43,269 nt of DNA from the IMG/VR virus record IMGVR_UViG_3300037742_000058, positions 1-43,269 of that record; one strand, given 5' to 3'. Position 1 is the stretch's first letter. Every line of letters begins with the position of its first letter. A program made the position numbers and the translations under genes. Below the pieces are notes generated by a model. It searched no databases and had not been told where the DNA came from. It saw only the letters and a list, made by a program, of their open reading frames with translations. This document shows positions 34,745 through 41,742 of this stretch, in pieces. Origin of the DNA: a virus. Its lineage: Duplodnaviria; Caudoviricetes.

Positions 34745-36490
34745 TTATTCGTACTTTGCATAGCGTTGCGCTTCCTCCGCCCCGGGCACCTTCACCGGCC
34801 ACGGGCGGCCCCAATCGTCAACCGCCCAAGGTTTGCCGCGACCGACGATCTCGAGATACTCGCTAACCGAGCCCCCGCCTACTTTGCGCTCGGTCACGAT
34901 CTCGTCGTGGGTGTGCGCCACCACGGGGTAACCTGCGGCCTCAACCGCCATGAGCGCGTCCGCTTGGTACTCGCGCGCCGTCTTGCTCACGACGTTCTGT
35001 GTGAGCACGCCACCGTATAGCCCCATGCGCTGCCAACCCGGCCGGCCCTTCGTGGCGTTGCTGTTCCATCCCTCGTACGTCAGGTCCAGTTCCCACGGTG
35101 ACGCCCATTCGCGTCGCGCGGTGTCGAGCCGGGGCGCGTGGTATTGGATGGGTGCACCGTCGCCGGGCGGCTGGCAGTAGAGCGTGTCGCGCCCGATGTC
35201 GTACAGGTAGCGAACGGCGCGGTACCCGTAGCACGTGCCGGGTTTTTCCACTGCGGCAATCGCTGCGCCCTCGAGGCCAAATAGCTCCGGCCGTTCACAT
35301 CCGCGCGACCCGTCGGGCGCACGGTTGAACTTGTCGCGCGTCTGCCCACCCCACAGCTCCACGATGGCCGGTATCTTGGCCCGCGTCTTGAGGATCATGG
35401 CTTTGATCGCACCGTCGTCGCCGAACGCCTCGGCACCGAACCGTTTCCAGCCACCGATCCATGCACCGAAGTCCGAGGCGAGCACCGGAATTTTTCCGTA
35501 CGTCTGCCTGTCGGGGTGGTGCGAGCCGTTCTGCTTCTTGTAGTCCAGATAGAATTGCAGCGTCTTGCCGGTCAGGATGCTGGCCTGCGCTTCGTAGATC
35601 TTCCCATCCCCGTGGAACACGTCCAGTCGCCACTTCTCGCCAGCAATGGCGCTGGTCACAACGGCTTGGATCGCGCTGAAATCCGACATGATCAGACGGT
35701 GGCCTGGTGCCGCGATGATCATACTGCGCAGGCAGTCCGCGACCGTCTCGAGCGCATCGCCGTGCATGAGTTCGACGTATTCGAGAGAGCCGGAACGGAT
35801 GCTGGCCAGCGCCGCTTCGATCTTCTCCGGCGTTTTCAGCTTGCCGCTGTACAGGTTGGCCACCTGCACGTCGCGGCCGTTCCATAGGCCGGTGTGCGCC
35901 CCGTGGTAGACGTACTGGTCGCGTAGTCTTCCGTCGCGGCACACCTGCGCACGCATGGCGTACAGCTTGCGGACGGAACCGAATGCGAGCATTTGCCGGA
36001 TCTTCAGGACGCGTAGTACGTCGGGTGGGTAGTCGCGCTTCAGCGCTTCAGTCACGGTCTCTTCGTCGAGTTCGTGGAGTTCTACGCCCCGCCCGGCCAT
36101 CCAGCGCAACGTCGCCGCGACTTCGGTACTCGCCTCAACGGCGCCACCGGTGAGGGTGCGGAACTCGCCGTTGTACTTGGCGAATGCCTGCTCTACGATC
36201 ACGATGCACGCGTTGATCGCCGGCACGTCCAGCATCATGCCGCGCTGATTGATTACTTGGTCAATCTGCCAGATGGCGAGTTCGCGTGGATGCATCTCGG
36301 GCATATTGGCGGCGCACCACATCTCGGCGCGCACGTCCTGCTGGCAGTACTCGTACAGCGCGGCGAAATCCTCCGGTGCACTCCACGGGTGCAGCCGTAG
36401 CTCGCTGTTGGCCTTGGTGGGCTTGCGCGGCACGCAGCACAGCTTGATGAGCGCCTTGCCGCGCTTGTCTTTGGCCTCGAATACGTTCAC
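34745..36490 (-). CDS. DNA polymerase family A, C-terminal part (ExoIII motif plus polymerase domain)
   Basis: YCQQDV, INQRG, HGAHTG.W.G, motif A DFSAIQ, motif B RQTYGK...LASDFG, motif C HTHDE. Start placed at GTG 36490 (GAGGG RBS, GTGA overlap). Confidence 0.9.
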   Translation of the reverse strand: MNVFEAKDKRGKALIKLCCVPRKPTKANSELRLHPWSAPEDFAALYEYCQQDVRAEMWCAANMPEMHPRELAIWQIDQVINQRGMMLDVPAINACIVIVEQAFAKYNGEFRTLTGGAVEASTEVAATLRWMAGRGVELHELDEETVTEALKRDYPPDVLRVLKIRQMLAFGSVRKLYAMRAQVCRDGRLRDQYVYHGAHTGLWNGRDVQVANLYSGKLKTPEKIEAALASIRSGSLEYVELMHGDALETVADCLRSMIIAAPGHRLIMSDFSAIQAVVTSAIAGEKWRLDVFHGDGKIYEAQASILTGKTLQFYLDYKKQNGSHHPDRQTYGKIPVLASDFGAWIGGWKRFGAEAFGDDGAIKAMILKTRAKIPAIVELWGGQTRDKFNRAPDGSRGCERPELFGLEGAAIAAVEKPGTCYGYRAVRYLYDIGRDTLYCQPPGDGAPIQYHAPRLDTARREWASPWELDLTYEGWNSNATKGRPGWQRMGLYGGVLTQNVVSKTAREYQADALMAVEAAGYPVVAHTHDEIVTERKVGGGSVSEYLEIVGRGKPWAVDDWGRPWPVKVPGAEEAQRYAKYE

Positions 36491-36696
36491 GTGGGGGCCC
36501 TCGGTACCTGAAGCCGCAAGTCCCAAGGCCCGGTATGTCGCGAGGGGCAACGATACGACACTTCACGTGGACCGCGATTCCATGGGCCGGAGGGCGCCGT
36601 GCCTTTTACCACCACTTGGTTGCACTCAGGGCACCAGCCGCGAGGCATTTTACCCTCGCCGGCTGGATGAGTGGTCTGCCTGAATAGGTTACTCAT
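36487..36696 (-). CDS. Small CxxC protein inside the split pol locus
   Basis: MSNLFRQ...WCPECNQ; ATGA and GTGA overlaps at its two ends. Confidence 0.6.
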   Translation of the reverse strand: MSNLFRQTTHPAGEGKMPRGWCPECNQVVVKGTAPSGPWNRGPREVSYRCPSRHTGPWDLRLQVPRAPT

Positions 36697-36839
36697 AACC
36701 GCAACCATCCCCGCATGTAGCTGAATGCGCCCGCCCGGCTGAATCCGCGCGCTTCCAATGCCTTGATCTGGATCAGCACGGAATTCGGCGGGTCCGGGAC
36801 GCCCAGCCAGTTGCAGACGGTGCGTGCGTAATCGTTCAT
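36693..36839 (-). CDS. Small protein (48 aa) inside the split pol locus
   Basis: MNDYARTVCNWLG...; ATGA overlaps at both ends. Confidence 0.6.
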   Translation of the reverse strand: MNDYARTVCNWLGVPDPPNSVLIQIKALEARGFSRAGAFSYMRGWLRL

Positions 36840-37021
36840 GGTTTGCCAGCCTGCGCCCGCTGGCGCGCGTGGTCGGGGTGGTCTTCGTTGTTGCAACCCT
36901 TGCGGATCGCCCATTGAGTAAAGTCGTTCCGAAGGCGTATCAGCCCGCACTTGACGCAAACCGACCAGTGGCAAATTTTGCCGCTGAAATTGTGTGGTTC
37001 CATCACGAATGGCTCGTTCAT
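36836..37021 (-). CDS. Small Cys/His protein inside the split pol locus
   Basis: H.F...C.W..CVKCGL..L.N..T.W.I..GC; ATGA overlaps. Confidence 0.65.
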   Translation of the reverse strand: MNEPFVMEPHNFSGKICHWSVCVKCGLIRLRNDFTQWAIRKGCNNEDHPDHARQRAQAGKP

Positions 37022-37200
37022 GGCCCGAAGTTCGACCAGTCAATCGGTGCAACCGTGGTCGGCTGCTGTGTTGCAAGTTTGGCGCGCAGATCGATCAGCT
37101 CCTGCGCCATGCGCCGCACCTCGCCGGTGTACGCCTCGCCGGTCTTAGCGACCGCCGCCAGCGTGGAGTCGGGTACGCGGTCAAAAAGGGATGCATTCAT
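37018..37200 (-). CDS. Small protein (60 aa) inside the split pol locus
   Basis: MNASLFDRVPD...MAQELIDLRAKL; ATGA overlap at the 3' end. Confidence 0.55.
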   Translation of the reverse strand: MNASLFDRVPDSTLAAVAKTGEAYTGEVRRMAQELIDLRAKLATQQPTTVAPIDWSNFGP

Positions 37201-37765
37201 TGCAATAACACCCGTTACGGTGAGGGCTACTTGTAGCGTCATGTTGGACGTTCGGTCGATTGACATTGAATGGCTCCGGTGCGGCTCGGTGGGTGTGTAG
37301 GGACAGTACCCCTCCAGCGTCATCAAGTCCACGAGGGAAACCGTTAGCTGCACTGCGAGCCATAGAACATCGCATCTGACTGAGCAACAGCTTGGGCCAA
37401 CCGTAGCGAGGCGTACAGTGTATGGACCACACTTGCCACTCGAAAGACGCGTTCCAGGCTTGTAGCGGGCCTCCGCGCGCGACGTGCTGCAGCAATTCGT
37501 GCGGAGGTTCGCACCCGGGTAGCCAAAGTTGCACGTCGCCCGGGCGCATCGAATAGGCCATGCAGAGCACTCCGAAGGTCGGGTGCTCGATGTAGTTGCG
37601 GGCGCCGACCAGCGGTAGGCCGTTCTTTTTGCTGCCCGGTTCCGTGCCGGTCCACACAAGTTCCGACCGGGGTTTGCCGCCCGGCGTGATCCACTCGCGA
37701 TGTGCCTGCTGGAAGCCTGCTTCGCTGTAGGTTTCAAAGTCTAGCGAGGGGGTGAATGTTTGCAT
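37181..37765 (-). CDS. DNA polymerase family A, N-terminal part (ExoI/ExoII of the 3'-5' exonuclease)
   Basis: LDFETYSEAG (ExoI), Y..HP...VLC.AY, AWNASFE (ExoII), CSMA....G.P..L. Confidence 0.85.
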   Translation of the reverse strand: MQTFTPSLDFETYSEAGFQQAHREWITPGGKPRSELVWTGTEPGSKKNGLPLVGARNYIEHPTFGVLCMAYSMRPGDVQLWLPGCEPPHELLQHVARGGPLQAWNASFEWQVWSIHCTPRYGWPKLLLSQMRCSMARSAANGFPRGLDDAGGVLSLHTHRAAPEPFNVNRPNVQHDATSSPHRNGCYCNECIPF

Positions 37766-38021
37766 ACGGCTGCGCTCTGCGGTAATCCGGGTTGCGGCGC
37801 CGCTCCGTCACCAGACCAGAGCGCAGCCGTATGCAAAGTCTCACAGGCAGCGGGCTCGGTTTCATCGCCACCCCGCTTGTTTGGCCGGACTGCGCTAAAA
37901 GGCTCCGCCGAGCCCGCTGCCTGTGAGACTCTTCGCGATGCGCACCGTTGCCCGTCGCGGCTTCGGTTAAGCAAGTCGGGCGGACCGGCCCTACGCACCG
38001 CAACCCGGTACGCATCGCGAA
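37759..38021 (-). ncRNA. Three abutting long stem-loops (21-bp, 23-bp and ~16-bp stems); candidate processed small RNAs
   Basis: Perfect inverted repeats 37759-37779/37817-37837 and 37837-37859/37908-37930; 37932-37947/38006-38021 has one G-U pair on the minus strand only. Confidence 0.55.
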
Positions 38022-38023
38022 AA

Positions 38024-38145
38024 GTGCCGGTTACGATTATCCGGCGTCACCTACTGTTCTGGGGTGACCGTTTGCCCCCTTGGGCGGCCCGTCTTTCCGG
38101 GTTGTCAGGCTGTTCTGCCCGCGCTCGGCGGGAATAGGCGGCCGT
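38024..38145 (-). ncRNA. Two tandem double-hairpin elements resembling C4/CI-type antisense RNAs
   Basis: Both read hairpin-CAGAACAG-N2/4-TGAC-hairpin (cccg-gaaaga-cggg; gccgg-ataatcgtaa-ccggc). The family resemblance is from memory only. Confidence 0.45.
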
Positions 38146-38153
38146 GCCTTCTT

Positions 38154-39005
38154 TCAGACCATGTACCCGTGGGCGCGCAGCAGCTCATCCGTCCAGCCAC
38201 CCGCAGCTATGAACGCCTCATACGTCACACCGTTGGCCTTGGCTGTCATCTGCCGCACGGGTGGAGCTACCGGAGCGGTGGGCGCGACAGGGGCGGCCGG
38301 TGCACCGGGGGTTAGGAACGACGGGTGCGGCTGCACGGCGGTGGGGGCGGGTGCGGCTGTCCCCGCGGGGGCACTGGCCGTAGCAGCCGCAGCCTGCGGA
38401 GCCGTTGCGCCCGCCGGCAGCGTGCCGCCAAAGCCGAGCTTGGTTGGGTCGGGCCGATTGGCGCTGACGATCTCCTGTCCCTTGCCCGCGAAAGCAACGA
38501 CATCGTGGTTCAGGTAGCAGCCCGCGTTCTGCGGCCGGTTGTTACTGCCCTTGCAACTGCCGAACACCTGCAGGTAGTCCCCCTTCTTGATCTGCTTCTG
38601 TGCGCGGAGGGCGAAGTTCTCCGAACCGTTTGCATTGACAATCGCAGCTTCGAACCCGGAGCGGAAGAAGAGGATCCAGCAACCCGGCCAGCCCTCGTGA
38701 TCCTTTGGAGCCTTGGTGTTCGGGCGGCCACTGACGGCGCTGTCGCCATCCTTGACCTTGAAGGAGAACGACGGATGGTTGCTCTCGCCGTTCGGCCAAT
38801 CGGCCGCGGCGGTAGCGGCGATCTGCGCGCCCCATGGCTCTTGACGCCAATCGCGGCCGGGAGTCTTCGGGATGGCGTAGCCGAAGGAAATGTGCTGCTT
38901 CTCGTCGGGCAGCGTCTCGCCCTTGTCGCCCTTTGTGACCCAATCGAAAATACTGCCGCTGACCCAGCGGCCAACGGGAAACATGATTTGAACTGTGGTG
39001 GACAT
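38154..39005 (-). CDS. Putative single-stranded DNA-binding protein (DUF2815-like)
   Basis: PVGR.V.GS, FS.KV.DGDS, GCWIL.F.S, I..GDY..V, G.YLN...V; Pro/Ala linker; lies between the DUF2800 gene and pol. Confidence 0.65.
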   Translation of the reverse strand: MSTTVQIMFPVGRWVSGSIFDWVTKGDKGETLPDEKQHISFGYAIPKTPGRDWRQEPWGAQIAATAAADWPNGESNHPSFSFKVKDGDSAVSGRPNTKAPKDHEGWPGCWILFFRSGFEAAIVNANGSENFALRAQKQIKKGDYLQVFGSCKGSNNRPQNAGCYLNHDVVAFAGKGQEIVSANRPDPTKLGFGGTLPAGATAPQAAAATASAPAGTAAPAPTAVQPHPSFLTPGAPAAPVAPTAPVAPPVRQMTAKANGVTYEAFIAAGGWTDELLRAHGYMV

Positions 39006-39047
39006 ATGCGTGCGTGATGCCTCGTGTGAATCGGTTGGTGCCCGCGG

Positions 39048-40148
39048 TCAGCGGGCAAACAGTTTGCCGGTTTTGATACGTTTCAGCTGCATTGCGGCCG
39101 GTGGTCGGGTTGCGAGCGCGTCGATCATTTCGGCTGGGACAAGCTTACGATCTTTCGCTTGTGTCGGCGTGACCGGCTCCGCACTTTTGGCCAATTGTGG
39201 GTACAACCCCAATGCGGCCTGCGGATCGTTCCACGCGAGGGGACTGCGCCCGGGCTGCATGCCGTACCCGTTCACCGTTGCACCACCCCGTACCGCCGCC
39301 TCGGCTTGTGCGAATAACCCGGTGCGGCGCGCCTCGAGTAGCGCCATCGTGTCGTCGATCAACGCGAGCTCGATGCCGAGCGCACCCGGGTTCAGCTCGT
39401 TCGGCTCGGCCCGCCGCCCATAGTCGGCCGCGGCATACCCGTGGTTCTGCAACTCGTAGCACACGTGACGCGCGGGACAGTACTTGCATTCCGGGCCACG
39501 CCGTAGCCGCGGCGCCGGACCGAGTGCCTCGAGCACGGCGTAGCGCGCCTCGATGACTCGCTCCGTAAGCTGCTTGGTGCTGATGGTCCACGTGTGCACC
39601 GGCCCGCCCTGGTGGTACCCGCGAGGCTGCACGATCGTCATCTGGATCGTGGTGGCCTCGCGGTGGAAGCCGGTCAATTGCAGCTCCGTCATCATCGCGC
39701 TCGCCGCACCGATCAGCTGCCAGTTGTTGACCGCAGGCACCTCTTCGAACCCGTACTTGTAGTCCCCCACGTGAAGTACGTGCGTGTCCCAGTTGTACCC
39801 GCGGAAGTCCGGCGTGCCCCAACATTCCGTGGGGTGGATGTCGGTTGCTTGCGTGGGTATCTCGAGCAGCCCGCCACCGGTGGACCGCACGTATTCGGCC
39901 CACATCTCGGCTCCGCGCCGCATGCCGGGGTCGATTTCCTCCGGTGCCTTGCCGTCCGCCGCGAGCCGCACGTGAGTCGGCACGATTCCGCCGGACTCGG
40001 CTACCCGTAATGCAAACGTGTGGGCTATCGTGCCCTCTTCTGCCGGATCGGTGGGCGGGTCCGGGTATTTCTCGCATAACCCCACGCTGCCCGGGCACTG
40101 CACCGTCCGGGCGAGCGAGGAGAATGCGATCCGGGCGTGGAGGCTCAC
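39048..40148 (-). CDS. DUF2800 Cas4-like PD-(D/E)XK exonuclease
   Basis: HA...SS..R...CPGS, AEEGT.AH, WGTPD, DYKYG, NWQL, IVQPR, G..CKYCPA...C. Confidence 0.85.
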   Translation of the reverse strand: MSLHARIAFSSLARTVQCPGSVGLCEKYPDPPTDPAEEGTIAHTFALRVAESGGIVPTHVRLAADGKAPEEIDPGMRRGAEMWAEYVRSTGGGLLEIPTQATDIHPTECWGTPDFRGYNWDTHVLHVGDYKYGFEEVPAVNNWQLIGAASAMMTELQLTGFHREATTIQMTIVQPRGYHQGGPVHTWTISTKQLTERVIEARYAVLEALGPAPRLRRGPECKYCPARHVCYELQNHGYAAADYGRRAEPNELNPGALGIELALIDDTMALLEARRTGLFAQAEAAVRGGATVNGYGMQPGRSPLAWNDPQAALGLYPQLAKSAEPVTPTQAKDRKLVPAEMIDALATRPPAAMQLKRIKTGKLFAR

Positions 40149-40447
40149 AGCAACACCCCGTCACGTCGACGTTCGCAAAGTCGCTGTTCGGCCTCTTGTC
40201 GGTACAGGCTGCGGTTTGCGACCGGTATGCCGGCATTGATGACGCGGCGGCAAATGCGGTCATGCTCCGCGTACGTGACGAAGCCTGTACCGGCGTAAGA
40301 CCCGCCGCGCTGCGCGGGTTGCAACCGCGGGGCGCCATCGGTTCGCTTGAACGGCCCGCGACCAGGGCCCGCTTTGGTACGGCTGCGCAGCTTACCGCCT
40401 CGATGGCCGCCAATCGGGAACATGTCAATCAGCGTTGGGTTACTCAT
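40145..40447 (-). CDS. Hypothetical basic protein
   Basis: ATGA/GTGA overlaps, AGGA RBS. Confidence 0.6.
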   Translation of the reverse strand: MSNPTLIDMFPIGGHRGGKLRSRTKAGPGRGPFKRTDGAPRLQPAQRGGSYAGTGFVTYAEHDRICRRVINAGIPVANRSLYRQEAEQRLCERRRDGVLL

Positions 40448-41268
40448 AGTCCTGCTCCCGGGAACAGAGTGCGTAACCGTGCGAACACGGCCGGCACGAG
40501 CGATTGGTTCTGTACGAGTCCCTGCAGCGTGTCGACGCCGGTCAAACGCGCTTCGGCCGCTGCAGCACTGACGGCCGCCGCCAGATCGTCACCGGTGATT
40601 TTCTTGGCGGTCAGCGCCGGGCTGACGGCGCGCATGAACTCGGGGAAATTCTTCGGGCACTCAGCGATTGTCGATACCGGAGCCACAGGAGCAGGCGCAC
40701 TCGGTACTGGTGCACTCGGCACCTCCGCAACCGGTACGGCCGGTACCGTCACAGCGGGCGCAGTCTCGGCGGCCGGTGCCGCTGGAACTAGAGGGGCGGC
40801 GGGCACCTCAGATACACGCGTTGAGGCGACCTGTTCAGCCGTAAGCGCCAGTTCCAACCGCGAACCGTTTGCCGGCAGCAGCGCGCCACCATACGGCACT
40901 ACCGGCATCGTCGGCACGAGTTGCAACTGCGTGGCGGCACGCTTCGCACGGGTGCGCTTGGCCGGCGGGTCCGCGGCCATGGCCTCCAAGGGTGTAATCG
41001 CCGGAGTAATCAGGTCGGGCGTCGGCTGCACCGGGTCGGACGTCGGCTGCACCGGGTCGGAAGTGAGCACAACCTTGTCGAACGGGAACGCCGTGTCGCC
41101 ATCGGTTAGGGACACCGGTTCAACCTGCTTGGTCTGTCCTGCATAAGTCTCGCTGATACCTTCCTTCGGGTCGCAGCCGGTACCTCGGTACTCGGCAACC
41201 GCCAGCAGCATCGCCGCGAGCGCGCGCAACTCGTGGGCCGGCTCATATCCATCGATCTTGATTCGCAT
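40444..41268 (-). CDS. Hypothetical Pro/Ala-rich protein, first gene of the leftward replication operon
   Basis: GGGAG RBS before MRIKID; contains a 21-bp tandem duplication at 41020-41061 (SDPVQPT twice). Confidence 0.7.
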   Translation of the reverse strand: MRIKIDGYEPAHELRALAAMLLAVAEYRGTGCDPKEGISETYAGQTKQVEPVSLTDGDTAFPFDKVVLTSDPVQPTSDPVQPTPDLITPAITPLEAMAADPPAKRTRAKRAATQLQLVPTMPVVPYGGALLPANGSRLELALTAEQVASTRVSEVPAAPLVPAAPAAETAPAVTVPAVPVAEVPSAPVPSAPAPVAPVSTIAECPKNFPEFMRAVSPALTAKKITGDDLAAAVSAAAAEARLTGVDTLQGLVQNQSLVPAVFARLRTLFPGAGL

Positions 41269-41303
41269 CGCAGTGTGACTCCCGTCGTGGTGTGATGGCG
41301 CGA

Positions 41304-41346
41304 AATCTAGCAGAATGCCGCCTGACCGCACGCGCACCCCGTCACA
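41304..41346 (-). promoter_or_regulatory. Leftward promoter: TGTGACG box ... TAGATT
   Basis: The box is conserved at identical spacing in allele 1 (cgtcacg at 154-160) although the neighbouring bases differ. Confidence 0.55.
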
Positions 41347-41549
41347 CATTGGAGCAAACGACACATGGGACTCATGCACTACGCCCGCAGGCTCGACGAG
41401 ACGAAGGGCCGTCCGCTCGCCCGTTTGTGGTTGCACGTCGTCGCCCTTCCAATGCGGTTTCGCATGTGGCGGATCGGGCGTCAGCTGGCCCTGCACCGTT
41501 ACTAATATGACCCGCCCCTATCAAACCCCGTCACATATTGGAGCAAACG
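41337..41549 (+). repeat. Direct repeat CCCCGTCACAyATTGGAGCAAACG at 41337-41360 and 41526-41549, each heading a small ORF
   Basis: 23 of 24 bases identical; contains the TGTGACG box (minus strand) and a GGAG RBS. Confidence 0.85.
41365..41505 (+). CDS. Small hypothetical protein (46 aa)
   Basis: GGAG RBS; MGLMHYARRLDETKGRPLARLWLHVVALPMRFRMWRIGRQLALHRY. Confidence 0.5.
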   Translation: MGLMHYARRLDETKGRPLARLWLHVVALPMRFRMWRIGRQLALHRY

Positions 41550-41550
41550 C

Positions 41551-41742
41551 ATGTATTGGTGGTACCGCAACGTTTACAACGAATATGGATTCGAGATACC
41601 CGGCTACGATTACGAAACAGCCGGCGAAGCCGAGCGGCAGGCGCGGCTCGCCATCAAATCGGGGCGAAAATTCGTTCGGCGGGAGATAGTAGGCCGAAAG
41701 GGCCATGTTCTCCGCCCGCCGGTAGGCGGCACGTCCAGATGA
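41551..41742 (+). CDS. Small hypothetical protein (63 aa)
   Basis: GGAG RBS; ATGA overlap with helicase allele 2. Confidence 0.65.
   Translation: MYWWYRNVYNEYGFEIPGYDYETAGEAERQARLAIKSGRKFVRREIVGRKGHVLRPPVGGTSR

Noticed and set aside
36491-37260. Group I/II intron or intein in the polymerase
   Set aside because: No recognisable ribozyme core, homing endonuclease or C...HN intein ends; the gap is filled by coupled small ORFs. Not formally excluded without RT-PCR.
37759-38150. tRNA genes or simple terminators
   Set aside because: No TTC T-loop, cloverleaf or CCA; the stems are too long and lack proper U-tracts.
39048-40148. Cas4 as part of a CRISPR system
   Set aside because: A solo DUF2800-type nuclease in its usual ssb-polA replication context.
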